Notes under the pieces: model-generated
Seen by the model: only the letters and a program-made list of their open reading frames with translations
What the model was told of the DNA's origin: nothing
Database searches by the model: none
Assembly: GCA_964016885.1 (NCBI GenBank)
Contig: OZ024745.1
Coordinates: 96,906,001-96,970,000 of the forward strand
Origin: Eledone cirrhosa
Taxonomy: Eukaryota
DNA: 64,000 bases
Reading direction: 5' to 3'
Shown here: positions 40,164-55,496 of the stretch, in pieces
How the letters are laid out: every line of letters starts with the position of its first letter
Numbering within the stretch: position 1 is the stretch's first letter
Program-made: the position numbers and the translations under genes

Positions 40164-40478
40164 CCACAAAGCCACGCGCCTTCAGAGAATATATAGAACC
40201 ACATTATCAAATGTCTTCCCTTTTCAAGATGGTCAGATATAATTTGACTGCTACTTCTAGTATGTTGAAATACTACATAAAGGCTCTCTCATTGACATGT
40301 ATTTTCTATTAGATGCTACATTGTTAGTTAAAGGAAGACGGTTCTCACCGTATCACTGGCACTTGGCCCCATCCACATAAATAGCAGATTATCTAAAACA
40401 TTTTGTTAGCTTGCAGATTAGAATCCAAATGTGTCCATAGATATAACTTTTAAACCTTATTATTTATTCATTTATTAA

Positions 40479-40668
40479 GGGCGGAGGATTGGCAGTATCG
40501 GTAGAGGGTCGGACGCCATGCTTTCCAGCATAGTTACGTCCCTTTACGATCTGAGTTCAAATCCCGCCGAGGTTGACTGCCTTTCATCCTTACGGGGTCG
40601 ATAAAATAAAGTACCAGTAATGCACTGGGTAATTGCTGGCCTTGTGCCTAACGTAGAAACAATTATTT
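40479..40668 (+). mobile_element. tRNA-derived SINE, family 1, with probable target-site duplication
   Basis: A and B boxes; ttatttattcatttatt occurs on both sides. Confidence 0.9.
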
Positions 40669-40759
40669 ATTCATTTATTTATTTATTTATTTATTCATTT
40701 CCATAACTGTCTTGCCTGGAGGAGGAGGCTGTAATTATAATTAAAAATTCAAAGGAAGC

Positions 40760-43060
40760 AATAAAATTGTTACAATGAATTTGTTAAAGCCTTGTCGTCT
40801 TAGAGTGAAGGCAGAGCTTTTCGCCTCAAGACTGAAGGAAGGTAATATATATTTGAGCCAAATGTACAAGTGAGTTGCTATCGGAAGCAAATTTAATTTG
40901 GAAAGATAATTCCCAATAGATGCTTGCCTCTGTTATTGTAATAATATAAACTAACTCCTGAGAAACTTGTGCTAGCTTCATGTAGAATTTTATAGGCACC
41001 ACTTCAATGATACAACAGAAAGGAGATTGGAACCAGTTTTACTGCATAAAAGGAATATAGAATCACATATCTACATTGACCACTTTATCCCCGTAAAAGA
41101 CGATATATGATAATTTTAATATACTGTTTTATATCATACAATATTATGTTCAACCGTGGAATTTCCATGTTATTGGTATGTAAGCAGGATTTTAAAATTA
41201 CCGTTGTTTCTTATACTTATACCACAGTCATGCTGCTTTGGATAATAATATAATTAATGTAACTAACCAATTACCTGAATATATGTCCAATGTTTGGGCA
41301 GTGCCTTATTTCTCACCGTCATCATACAAATATATTGTTTTGATAATGAGTCATGTTGTGAAAACTTCTCACCGCCATCCTACTTCGTTTTTATGCTTCC
41401 ATTTTAAAATTTGTTTAATAAGTCATTTTGTTAAAGCTTCTTCTTCTTCTTCTTCTTCTTCTTCTTCTTCTTCTTCTTCTTCTTCTTCTTCTTCTTCTTC
41501 TTCTTCTTCTTCTTCTTCTTCTTCTTCTTCTTCTTCACCCGCTTATTCCTGAAAGGATCGTGGTAGCAGAGGCCTCAAACACTTCTTCCAGCGAGTCCTG
41601 TCAGAAGCAACCGTCTCTAACTGATCCGACCGCATCCCCAGGCGAGACCAGTTGAGCTCTTGGATGTTATCCAACCATTTTTCTCGAGGTATATTCCTGG
41701 ATCTCCTGCCGGTTGGTTTTTCCCCTAAAATCTGTCCAGTGATTCTTTCTTAAGCCATTCTAACCACATATGGTGAAGGTATTGCCAAGAAGTATATTCT
41801 TGTTTTTGTTTTATTAAAACAATAAATAAAAACAATCTACGGAGATTTAAGTGCCTTTCTAAAAGAATCCCAAACTTAAATGATAGCATTTTTTGTGGTG
41901 TCACATATCAAGGAATGTTTTTGAAGGGTCACAAAACAATGGATATTTTTGTGGAAGCGGATATCAAGGAATATTTCCTTATGGACCCATATCAAGGAAT
42001 ATAAACAAAGTTTTATCGAATATTGAGTTGGAACTCGGGTGTATTAGAATTCATAGAATAATAAGAAAACCTCGACTCAAGAAAGCTGTTAAAATAGCAA
42101 AATCCCGTCAATGACAGCGTCAGGTAAAGTTTACCTCAAAGGACAGAAATCGGCGGTTAGAAGTGGGTTGACCCGCAGAAGTAATAGGAAGAAAGGAGCA
42201 AAGGAAGAAAATGGACGAGACAAGATCACACAGACATCTTTTAACCTCTTTAGCTCTCAGACCGGCTGTGGTTTCGCTCGTGGGAACACATTACAATGAA
42301 TCATTTTGTGTGGTCGAATATCAAGGAATTATTTTGTGTAGACACAAATGAGGAAATTTTTTGGATGACGGGTATCAAGGAATATTTTTGTGAGGCTGCA
42401 AATCAGGGTTTAAACGATATTGAATTTGAAATAAAAAATATTTATTACTCTGGAATTTATAACTTGGCAGGCATTTAAGTAGCTATGTGAAAATGTCCTG
42501 AGGAATAATAAGTCATTTGTATATAGAATTGGAATCGAGAATCTCATTGATGCTTATAAAGAAATGGATGATCAAATGTCGATACATATAAACCTCCTAC
42601 ATTCTCATCTAGATTTCTTTCCAGGAAATGGCGATGCAAAATCAATGAACAAGAACAAATCCGCCATGATATCCATACAATAGAAACATGATAGCAAAGA
42701 TTTAGGAATGAAAGCAAGGCGGCTTATTATTGCTGGATGTAATATCACGACGACTAAGATGAAGTTTATAACAGAATATCGCATTCACAAAACGCTTTTT
42801 AAAAACTTTTACAATTATGTGTGTAACTATCTAAATCTATGATGTAAAAATAGGTTAAAATTAATTTAGTGAATGTTGTTCAAGCAATCAACAAATTTTG
42901 TATAAAATGTTATTTGATACACCTTAAGTGCTGATAAGATTGAGAAAAATATAACTGTCATATAAAAAATAACTTGACATGCCAGAGGGAAACTTAAAAC
43001 AGATTTGAAATTAGTGTTCAAAGCGCATTTTGCCGATGTAAACCCCAACAAAAAGAAAAG
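40760..43060 (+). pseudogene. Highly decayed DNA-transposase remnant (possibly Sola-type), interrupted
   Basis: Fragments read KAELFASRLKE, CYCNNI, WQAFK...RNNKS, LHSHLDFFPGN, HDI, YCWM, with many stops. Superfamily assignment is from memory and uncertain. Confidence 0.55.
41426..41775 (-). mobile_element. 3' fragment of an RTE-type LINE with (GAA)n tail
   Basis: Minus strand reads KPTGRRSR...KWLDNIQELNWSRLG...VASDRTRWKKCL, followed by (GAA)n (41426-41536). Confidence 0.65.
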
Positions 43061-43429
43061 AAGAAAAAAAAAAAACACATTTCACTAGTTGATTTCATTT
43101 GACTAATGAAATTAGTACCAAAGAACTAGAATCAAGTCATATTCTTTGGAATGTCCTCGAGTGATTATTCCATGGTTCTGGTTGGACTTCCGTCGGTTCT
43201 GACGAGTGTTCTAGTTGTTAAAATATTATCATCTAGTTGTTAAAATATCATATATCCTTAACGCAATTCTCAGGGAGATTCAGTGTTACAGGGTGTGACA
43301 AGGTTGGTCATTTCAACTACCAGTAAAACTCATTTTTGCCAATTGAGTAAACTGGAGCACCGTGAAATAAAGTGTCTTGCTCAAGGACACAATGCGTCAC
43401 CGGTAATCGTCACAACCTTAAAACTACGT

Positions 43430-43478
<49 letters not shown>

Positions 43479-43547
43479 GCTGCTGCTGCTGTTGCTGCTG
43501 CTATTTGTGTTATTAATACTACTACTACTACTACCATTTCTATTGAG

Positions 43548-43722
43548 ATAATTGTTTCTACTATTGGAACAAGGCCAGCAATTACCCCAGTTCATTACTG
43601 ATACTTTATTTTATCAACCCCGTAAGGATGAAAGGCAAAGTGAACCTCGGCGGGATTTGAACTCACACCATAAAGGGGCGTAACTCTACGTTGCAAAGCA
43701 TGATGTCCGACCTTCTACTGAT
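43548..43722 (-). mobile_element. tRNA-derived SINE, family 1, next to (CTA)n(CTG)n
   Basis: Reverse complement of the family-1 sequence. Confidence 0.85.
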
Positions 43723-44322
43723 AATGATAGGAATACATCGTGGAATCGAATGGCCAAGTGTATTTGATATTGGACAGCAAGTTTATGAGTTCTGGTTTCA
43801 AATATAGTAGCCGAGTTCAAACACTAATAGTTTTTCTGGGAAACTCACATTAGATTGGAGTATTCAATATAAGATTCATATAGCATCCATCTAACTCGGG
43901 ATGTTTTAATCATTGCAGTTGGTAAATGATTCAATTATCAAAAACTGTATTAGTTAGTTTGATAGCGGAGGGCGTCACAGAGTAAGTATTTCGCTGTTTT
44001 ATCGCTCTAAACATGCTAATTTTCCATACATACTAATATTATAATGCTATGATTCATTTCTCATTTCTTTTGGTCTTACGACACGATTTACGCTTTGCCG
44101 ATAAAATATGATCGAAGCATATCCAGAGTTGTCCCCCTGACTTCCTGAAATGATTATATTGGTAATATTCATTGAGAATATGTGTTCCTATTGTCACTTC
44201 ATTAGTATTTCTAATTTGATATTTTGCTCAGGATTAAATGTGTTCATCCCTGCTTAATTCAGATTGACAGCGCTATATGTACAAAATACGATGTATTCAA
44301 GTCGACAAACTATGTATATCAG

Positions 44323-44880
44323 GTACTCTTGGGTCCCGAATCATCCCCCTCCCCACACACAGTCCGCTTATTAATTTTTCAGATTTTTTTTTCAACTCCC
44401 TCACTCTTATTCCACCCACTTATTAAATTTTGCTAATCTATACCCGGCAAAATTTTATTTTAACTGGTAGCATTCCTGTGACAATTAATTTTCTTTAGAC
44501 ATTAAAAGACAGTATACATGACCAAAAAAGTACATTACGTTACAAAATAAACAGGATGGGTTGGAGGGGGGTCGCAATATGTAAACTAAATGACTAATTC
44601 TGATTTTAAAAATAATCAACCGAGATAACCTAGAAAAATTACCGATTCCCCTCTCCCCGCTTATTCCAACCCACTTTGGATTGGCAGTATCAGTAGAGGG
44701 TCTGACGTCATGCTTTGCAGCAAAGAGTTACTGCCCTTTATGGTCTGAGTTCAAATCCCGCCGGGATTAACTTTGCCTTTCATCCTTACGGGGTCGATAA
44801 AATAAAGCACCAGTAACACACTGGGATAATTGCTGGCCTTGTGCCAAATGTAGAAACAATTATTTGAGACTCGAGAGTAC
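44323..44880. mobile_element. MITE-like element interrupted by a SINE
   Basis: Imperfect terminal inverted repeats gtactcttgggtccc / gagactcgagagtac; internal ccgcttatt repeats. Confidence 0.4.
44678..44864 (+). mobile_element. tRNA-derived SINE, family 1
   Basis: A and B boxes plus central domain. Confidence 0.88.
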
Positions 44881-45435
44881 TTATGTAAAATGCTTTATAC
44901 TCTTCAGTCTAAGCACTGTTCCAAGGGGCGATGTATAAGTTACAATGTAAAGAGTGTAACAAGGGTTAAAGACATTTACTTAAGAAAAATCTACATGATA
45001 GTCAATGAAGGTAGTGAGTTGAAATACAAATAGTTGAGATGAGAAGAGGGATATCGACTGAGAGAAAAACTTGCAGGCTAGGTAAAATTATCATGTGAAA
45101 ATAAATGTAGAGATAATAAGGAAGACATTGATTTAACCAGGCCAAGCAGGAAATTGACGGAAAACTAAAGTGCAGGTCAAAAAAATAAATAAAGATGGTG
45201 GAGAAAAATTTGATTGAAAAAAAAACAACACAGGGAGCAATGGGAATAGATATCATAATATACTCGCAATATTGTTTCCTCCGGTTAAAACTATTTGATA
45301 GGAACTCACGAATATTTACACAATGCAACAAAACATTTCTAAATTGTTTCTCTGATTAAAATTACAAATATCATTTCTACTCAGTTAATTAGTTTTGCTT
45401 TTCGTTTTACTGTATCAATTGTGAATGTATATATA

Positions 45436-45506
<71 letters not shown>

Positions 45507-45848
45507 AGTATGTATATTTATTTGTATATACATATATAGTATACATACGTATATATCATATATACATATATATATATATGTATATATATACACGCACACA
45601 CACACATATATATATATATCTGTGTGTGTGTATATATATATATAATATATATATGTGTATATATATATGTATATATATATATGTATATATATATGTATAT
45701 ATATTTATATATATATATGAAAAAATGTAACCTCGACGGCAGAGCTCAAGTCGTTTCGACGGCTTACCCTAAACATTGAGTACTCTGGTGCGCTATGGTC
45801 CATCTGGTTCCTCACCACAATTCCTTCGTTATATATATATATATGTAC

Positions 45849-45879
<31 letters not shown>

Positions 45880-45948
45880 ATATATATATATATAATATAT
45901 ATATACATATGTATATAGTATATATATATATACTATATATGCTGTTAC

Positions 45949-46038
<90 letters not shown>

Positions 46039-46057
46039 ATATATATATATATGTATA

Positions 46058-46128
<71 letters not shown>

Positions 46129-46190
46129 TTGCGAGGTTTTTTATATGAAATCGTGTGTCGAAACAAATATTGTTATACCTCCCCAAGTAT

Positions 46191-46236
<46 letters not shown>

Positions 46237-46882
46237 ACACACACATATATACACACACATACACACATATAAAATATTATACATTACAATTACATATACA
46301 TTTATTCATTTATCTATTTCTTTTCCGTTCATTTATCTGCCATGAAGCATATCAAACAAAACTTAAACATGATTATATGAGGGGAAATGGAATTGATGAA
46401 TTTAAGTAAATATGAATATATATTTTATAAATACTGCGTACATGTGTGTGTCTGTATGAGCGTAACTGTGTATGTGTGTGTGTGTGTGTGTGTGTGTAAA
46501 GATAAATGGAGTGGAAAGGGAAGAGAACGAGGGAGAAAAATGATTGAGGAAAACTGTGAAATTGATTAAAATATTTAAAGATGGAATCTTTATTTTAATA
46601 AATTAATATTTATATAATATATAATAGTCAATCATTTCTCTCTTTTCTCTCTCTTTCTCTTTATATATATATATATATATATATATATTTAATGTAATAT
46701 ATAAATATAGGATTTATATATATATATGTATGTATGTTTTATCTATATATGTAATGTATGCTGATGTGCGTTTATGTATTCTACAAACACCTTGAGTAAT
46801 GACTGTATCCTTTTACTAACTCTCAACAGTATTGCACCCCCCGGTGAGACCAAGTATCTTTATTAATAATTATAAGGGTATT

Positions 46883-47252
46883 GGATTGGCACTGTCGGTA
46901 GAGCGTCGGACACCATGCTTTGCAAGCATAGAGTTATGGCCTGTTATGTTCTGAGTTCAAATCCCGCCGAGCTTAGCTTTGATTTTCATCCTTACGGGGT
47001 CAATAAAATAAGAATCCATTATTAATAACAGTAGAACCTGAGTTCAAATCCCGCTGAGGTTGACTTTGCCTTTCATCCTTACGGGGTCAATAAAATAAGA
47101 ATCCATTATTAATAACAGTAGAACCTAAGTTCAAATCCCGCTGAGGTTGACTTTGCCTTTCATCCTTACGGGGTCGATAAAATAAAGTACCAGTAATGAA
47201 CTGCGTAATTGCTGGCCTTGTGCCTAAAGTAGAAACCATTATTAATAACAGT
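46883..47252 (+). mobile_element. SINE family 1 with a triplicated 87-bp B-box/central segment
   Basis: B-box at 46953, 47040 and 47127 (third copy variant). Confidence 0.88.
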
Positions 47253-47662
47253 AGGGCGGTTGATTGGCAGAGTCGTTAGAGTGTTGGGCAAATGTGTAGC
47301 AGTATTTTCTCTGACTCTTTATGTTACGAGTGAAAACCCGCAGAAGTCAACTTTGTCTTTCATTTTTTCGGGGTTTTCTAATATAAAATACCAGTCGAGT
47401 ACTTTGGTCAATTTAATCTACTTTTCCCCCTCCTCTTACTGGCCGTGTACCTAAATTTGAAAATGTTATTGATTTCTACTTTAAGCATATATCAAACAAA
47501 TTTGATTAAATGAACCCGAGTACTTGATTGATACCTTAGTTCATCGACCACGGAAGGATGAAAGATAAAGTTGACCTCGGCGGAATTTGAACTCAGAAAG
47601 TAAAGAACCAAAACAAATACTGCGGTTGCATTTTATCCGACGCTCTATCAATTCTGCCACCG
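47253..47662. mobile_element. Two older related SINE copies, tail to tail (+ 47253-47465; - 47500-47662)
   Basis: Degenerate A/B boxes and ctttcat...gggt...ataaaataccag domain in opposite orientations. Confidence 0.65.
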
Positions 47663-48289
47663 ACCTTAAGGTAGAAATCCGTATTGTTAACAGTAGATGT
47701 CGATTTAGTTTGGTCAGCAACAGCTAACTCTTTAATGCCAAACCAACGTAACTTTCAACCACCCTAACCACTATTTCCCTTCATTCTACCCCTAGTTCTA
47801 GTCTACCTTTCACTGGTGTGTGCCATATCGATAATAAGATATTCTCAGCGTGTTTCTTCAATTTCCCAATCACTTCTCTTCTATTCTTAAATCCTATGCC
47901 AGTCAGGTTGATATGTCTAATAATGCTTTGCTCTCCATTTCTCTTGAAAATAGTATATAGATCCTATATATTCTCTGGGCCCATTACTGCCACCATTACC
48001 TCATATAACGAGTAACTAGCTATAAGATTTATTATTATATACTTTGAGAAGACGAGTGTCATATCCAAATCTACCTGCAGTTATTTACACACTTTAGTCC
48101 TCACTTTGAATTGGCTTTGCATATGTTTGTGTGTGCTTCTTTCACACTTTCCTCTTCTCTCTCTCGAACTAGATGTTGAAACGGCAAAAGCTCAGCCGTT
48201 GGGTCCTGACTCTATATAATACAGCCATACTCTACTACCCCAAGTATCGAGTATTCTGTTGAGTAATTGTCTAGCTAGTTTCAAACTGG

Positions 48290-49196
<907 letters not shown>

Positions 49197-49197
<1 letters not shown>

Positions 49198-49747
49198 TAG
49201 CAGTGGTACCCAGCGTTGCGCGGGATAAGGTATTTTGGAACGCGGGCTGCCAACAGACCTAATCGTGGAAAAACTGCATGCCTGGACAATATGTGAAGAA
49301 AATAAACCGAATACTCTGATGGCTGGATAATCTTTAAGATTTTCCTCGATGAAGCAGGAAAAATGCAGGTTTTCACCTAATGCGGGCCCTGGGGGATCAA
49401 AAAAATGAATTTTTTATGTGCATAATATGCCTTTAAATTTCGGGAAAATCGGCTAGGCGTAACGCTTCCAAAAAGCCCGAAGAAGCTGAAAAAATGAAGT
49501 TTTTCACCTAATGCTGGCCCTAGAAGATAAAAAAAAAAGGCCATAAGAAAGTTGGATTCTCTTTGCTTACGGTAGAAGAGACTGACTAATACATAGTTAC
49601 AATTTCAAGGAAATCGGTCTGAAGTAACGCCTAAAAAAACTCCTAAGAGATTTTTTTATGTGCATATCACTCCCTGAAACATAAGTAATACACATGTAAA
49701 GTTTGAAAAAAGTCGGTTGGGTACTTCTCGAGTTTTAGGGATTCAAA

Positions 49748-49819
<72 letters not shown>

Positions 49820-50104
49820 GACATCCTCAGGGAAGTGACGTAATGCAGACAGCCAGACATACAGACAGATATTATAAGGGCTCGACGTTATATGTATGTA
49901 TCTATCTAAAAAGAGAATGACTAAGAATTATAGAGCGAGATCGCTAAATCGCCTAATGCGGTCCCTAGGGCATTGAAAATTTGAAATTTTCTTTGCTCAG
50001 AACATTCCCTGAAACATAAGTATTACATGTGTAAAGTTTGAAAACAGCCGGTTGGGTGGTTCTCGAGTTTTAGGGATTCGAACTCACACACACAGACAGA
50101 TATC

Positions 50105-50167
<63 letters not shown>
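49197..50167 (-). mobile_element. Non-autonomous Helitron-like element
   Basis: Minus strand starts TC-(TA)n and ends with hairpin cccgcgcaacgctggg plus CTAG|T; homolog at 57164-58143. Confidence 0.75.
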
Positions 50168-50196
<29 letters not shown>

Positions 50197-50436
50197 AGTA
50201 TCGAGATAGAGAAGAAGAGATAGGCGATACATGTAGTTATTTGCCAATAGCATAAGCAAAGGGTGCTCAATACCTGTGCCTGCAGTATTAAATATTAGAA
50301 GTGTTAATATCTAGTGGGCGAGAAAGTCAGCAGAGTGGATACACGTGGAGAAATATATAAAGGAGAACAAACTGTTAAAACATGTTTATTTAAAATAGCA
50401 CCTACGTACGTAGGTGCTATTTTAAATAAACATGTG

Positions 50437-50534
<98 letters not shown>

Positions 50535-50705
50535 TGAGTGAGTGGGAGAGAAAGACAGAGAAAGAGAAAGTAGTGGTAAAACGACACAAATAGAAAAACA
50601 AAGTGGAAGCAGGGACAAAGAGGGAGAGAATAAGAGAGATCTATTTGTATAACAGAGGTCTGCATGTACATATGGATGTCTTATATTATATGTTTGATTT
50701 TTCAG

Positions 50706-50788
50706 AGAAAGAAAAGTTATCCTTCCTTCGCATGTTAATCAGGACCCTGGATGTACAGCATTTAATATATTTATCTGATGTGATAAAG
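50706..50788 (+). CDS. Candidate 83-nt internal host exon
   Basis: Acceptor tgtttgattttttcag-like tract ending at 50705, donor AAG|GTGAGT; open frame KEKLSFLRMLIRTLDVQHLIYLSDVIK. Confidence 0.45.
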
Positions 50789-51159
50789 GTGAGTTTACAT
50801 CGAAATTTAATTTTATCTCCGTGTGCAACATCGCCTGCTGACGTAGTGCTGCCTTGCTATCTGGAGAATATCTGCTCTCTGTTTATTGTGATACTAGGGC
50901 TAATTATTGTTCAGGGAAGACACTTTAAGGTCCGTGTAAAGTTAGACCCCATTTTAACTGGTAGCATGCACTAATGCCCTCTAGCGATAATTACCCTCTC
51001 CTGCTTCTGCTGGAATTCGTTAGATGGCGTTAGCCATCAGCTTCCAAAATTCTTAGCTTAAATGGTTTCAAATATTTATTCGTAAACATACCATATATAA
51101 TTAGATATACAAAATTCACAAACATGCATATATATACATACATAAATATATATATAATA

Positions 51160-51226
<67 letters not shown>

Positions 51227-51254
51227 TCCGGTTTTACTATTTTATACATTTATC

Positions 51255-51740
51255 ATGCAACATGGCCTGTTTGGGGGAAGCAAATGCAAAGAAAAGGGAT
51301 TATCTCTTCTCATATTCTGTATCGAAAACTAGTTGACTATCTCAAATACATTCTTCAAGTAAAAGGAGAAATACAAAAGCACATTGATGCGCCCTAGGTC
51401 TAAGCGATTGCATCTTCTTTACTATATATTAGTTCGCAAAGCAGCTTTGAAGGACGTCACTAATCTCCGAGTAATGAGAAGTGGAGAATGTTGGACAGAT
51501 CTGAGGCTTGTTCGGGTAAAATTTAATTTCTCAATCAGGCAAAATATCAGAAAGGTGGGGCCTAAAATACCAAAGATGGACTTATGAGTATGAAGATAAT
51601 CCTTGGGAGAAGTTCAAATCTCATGACTATGAAGTTGCATCTATTACTTTGAGTTTCAAATCCAAGAAATTGGCTGATTGGTTTGCTGATGATTTCGAAG
51701 TGTCCAGACCTCTGCATGGAAAACAAGTGATGTGCAAACA
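51255..51740 (+). pseudogene. Decayed RTE (BovB-like) endonuclease fragment
   Basis: MRPRSKRLHLLYYILVRK...VMRSGECWTDLRLV resembles the HPRSK.WHL.DY...CWTDH motif. Confidence 0.7.
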
Positions 51741-52180
51741 CATTCTACAGAAGTCCGAAAATCCCATCAAAACAGTAGGTTTAAGACTAATGAATAAATA
51801 AAATCAAAGCAGTCTTCGGTAAATGAAGGAAAATTGGTGGCACAAGAAACGCAATAAAGCACAAGCGGCTGTAAAACGCAGAGACACAAAGGCCTACTTT
51901 TCATAAATAAAAGAGGCATTTGGTACTCTAACATAGCGTTGTACACATGTATGTAAGTGTTATATATCGGATAATATACGAGCTGTTTATGAAAAACCTT
52001 TAATAGCCATTCGGTATGAATTTTTAAGGTCGTGATCAATGTCACTCATACTCATCTCAGCAAGGGGAAGTAACTGACAAACGCTGTTTCCCACTCGTTG
52101 GCGGTTATCAAGACTACATATTCTGCTTCTGCTCAGATTATATATATATGTGTGTGTGCGTTTGTATACATATATGTATA

Positions 52181-52275
<95 letters not shown>

Positions 52276-52409
52276 TATATATGTATATATACGTATATAG
52301 TAATAATAATAAATTTGAAGATTAAAATCCAAAGTAGGCTCGATAAGGATAAATATATATCAAATATATAAGAACCGTAGACCAAATATTTATTAAAATA
52401 ACAGATTAA

Positions 52410-52460
52410 AGTTTAAGCAAAGAATCGCTGCTTTCACCCTTAACGGGATCTTCTGAAACT
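52410..52460 (-). ncRNA. Hammerhead-like motif, core CAGAAGA
   Basis: Inverted copy of 55446-55496. Confidence 0.6.
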
Positions 52461-52486
52461 AAAAAAGAAAAGCTGACAACAAACTG

Positions 52487-54422
52487 GATAAGTTTGGGTT
52501 TAAAACCTATAATAACCCTCCGAGTAACCCAGCATTGCTACCCTTCGAATATGATGTCTTGGAACTCATACGGAGTATCAAATTTCGGAATAGGAGCAAT
52601 TCCTTCCAGTAGGACCTGAAGAATAGAATTCGTTCTGTTAAGGATTCTAATGCCGTGCACGTCCACTCCGCCAAAACTGGCAATCTATATCAAGTGGAGC
52701 GCGGTACTTACCATCAACTGCTACATAATGCTGTAACTAAGGATTACCGTAAAACTAATCGGAGCGACATTAATGAAATGAACGATGCTGGGTTTAAAAT
52801 CACCTCTGATCTCAACATCCTGGACCGAATTTCTCCCCACTTTACTCTGAAGGATCACAAATCCAATTTCCCGAACAACCCCTCTATTCGAAGTCCGATT
52901 TAGGTAGACTTAGTAAAAGGATTTTAGATAGAATTATAGCTGAAATTAGAAGTTTCGCCCCTCTTGCACCGTGGAACAATTCTTTCGCAGTGATTGATTG
53001 GTTCAACGGCATATGCAACAAGGAATATTGCCGTTTTATCCAATTCGACATCAATAATTACTACTCCTCCGTCACTTTACCACTTCTCCTTAGAGCTATC
53101 AATTTCGCTAAAACACTCACAGTGGTTAAGGATTTCGAAGTTGATGTCATCCTCAATGCCCGTAAGTCGGTGATTAATTTCGACGACTCTATTTGGATTA
53201 AAAAATCTAATAGTACCCCATTCGACGTGAGTATGGGCGCCAGCGATTCTGCGGAGGTTACTGATCTTATCGGCCTTTTCCTTCTTTTCTCTATCAAGGA
53301 AGAATTCCCCAACGTGGGCAGTGGTTTGTACCGTGATGATGGTCTTTTGGCCATGACAAAGTGCAGCCCACGTGCTTGCAACAGGTTGAGAAATGAAGTC
53401 ACAGCCTTCTTTAAAGGCTTCAACCTCTCCATACAGGTTGAGGCCAACCTCTCGGTCGTTAATTACCTCGACGTTACCCTCAATTTGTCGAATGGCTTGC
53501 ACTACCAGTATAGAAAGTCGAATGATACGCTTAATTACATAGGTAAGCATTCTAACCATCCTGCCAGCATAACCAAGAACCTGGTAAGAAATGTTTCTTT
53601 GAGGCTTCCCGTCTATCTACTAACGAGCATATTTTCAACGACCATTCCACATATTACAATGAAGCTCTTGCTCGGAGTAGATTTGTCGATAAGGTAGCAT
53701 ATACAGAGTACGAGAATAGACCTAGAAGAAATAGATCCCGACGCATTATATGATATAAACCCACCATATAATATGGAGGTGGCCACACCATTAGCTAAGA
53801 TCTTTCTCTCCCTTATTATGAAGCATTTTCCCCCAACATATAATATAGTAACATTTTTAATAGAAATACCATTAAAATTTCTTACTCTACGACTCCTAAC
53901 CTTGCACATAACGTCACAGCTTCAAATTTAGATAAACTACCTAGCCGTGGGAACACGTGCAACCCTATAGCTAGTACTAACTGTAATTGTAGGAATCAGG
54001 TTGACTGCCCCCTATCCGGGCAATGCCTCTCTAGTAACATTGTCTACAAATGTAAGGTTGAAACACCCACGTCCCGTAGGGCCTACATAGGGTTAACCGC
54101 CAATAGATTCAAGCAGCGTCTTTATATGCATAAACATTCTTTTCTTAACCCTTTAAGAAGGAATATGACGTCACTTTCAGCTTATATCTGGAGTCTAAAA
54201 GACAACCACATCCAATATAAGTTACACTGGGAGATCCTAGCTGGGGCTAGATCGTATAACGGAAATAAAAGACCATGTGACCTCTGTGCCGCTGAGGCCC
54301 TGGAAATACTCTATGCCAAAGACCACATCTTAAACAAAAAATCTGAGGCAATTTCGGCTTGTAAACATAAATTGCACAAAACTTTCCTGTATTACAGCCC
54401 CACATTATACCCTATCGGATAG
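52487..54422 (+). pseudogene. PLE3 RT-GIY-YIG ORF with stops and frameshifts
   Basis: FGFKT.NNPP.NPAL, TLKDHK.NF, FIQFDINNYY, FDVSMGASDSAE, GLYRDDGL, NYLDVTL, CNCRNQVDCPLSGQCL, IVY...YIGLT, CDLC, CKH. Confidence 0.92.
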
Positions 54423-55445
54423 TACGAACTATACGCGGATATTTTACATCTTGATGTGGTAGCTAAATATATGTTATGTTTATACCATTACTTATTTGTA
54501 TAGGTAAGTATATATTACTTGTATGTTTTGTGAAGGTGCGTATACTTTCTCGTACGTATATTTCATTGTATATGTTATGGCGTATATATTATACATTCTG
54601 GTACATATGCATTTGGTTATGTGTATACGCGTGTTTTGCGTCTGTGTTTGTATGTGGGTTCGTACGTATGTAGGGTGTGTGTATATGTGTACTTTGTGTT
54701 TTGGTTGACGTTCGTCTCCGAACATATGTGTATTTACATGTAGGTATGTGTGTGCGCGCGTTATATACGTATTTATTTATTTATATAAGTTTATTTAATT
54801 ATATGTATACACGCACACACATATATATATATATATTTTAAATATATATTTTTATGTGTATTTGGTGTATACATTTGTATGTGTGCGGGTACAGGCGTTG
54901 CGTGGGTTCTGTATGTGCGTGCGGGTTTTTTTGTGTACGTGCTTGTATTTGTATACCTATGGTGAATGTTTTCGCGTATGCTTGTGTATGTACGTATATG
55001 GATGCGTGTATGTATTTATTTAATTTCAATTAGCTCTGTATTTTATTTACTTTATTCTTAACTCTGAAGCCGAGAATCATTCGGTTTCCTAGTTAAAATG
55101 TTAGTCTACGACTTCATTTATACCATTTACGTGGTTTTGTCTTTGCGTGCAATTATTCTCCCCGCTCCACATAATGATGTATTTTCTTCGTTTTTTCCGT
55201 TCATTGCCAGAGAACGTCTCCATGAAACACCTAATAGAATATTGGTCTACGACTTCATTTATACCGTAAACGTGGTTTTGTCTTTGCGTGTAATTGTTTT
55301 TCACCGCTCCAAATAATATTATCTTCGCTTTTTCCCGTTCTTTGCCCGGGGACGTTTCCACGAACCAAAGTATCGTCTTCCTGTCTTCCTCCGGTTGCAA
55401 AGTTTTTTGAAATATTTACCTCTGCGTTCACAGATTGACTTTTTT

Positions 55446-55496
55446 AGTTTCAGAAGATCCCGTTAAGGGTGAAAGCAGCGATTATTTGCTTAAACT
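55446..55496 (+). ncRNA. Hammerhead-like motif, core CAGAAGA (PLE3 3' pLTR)
   Basis: aguuu-CAGAAGA-uCCC(guuaa)GGGu-GAAA-GCA...UGC-UU-aaacu. Confidence 0.6.

Noticed and set aside
52070-52140. Minus-strand CUGAGCA...GAAA-CAGCGUUUG-UC
   Set aside because: G8 is lost and stem II is not evident.
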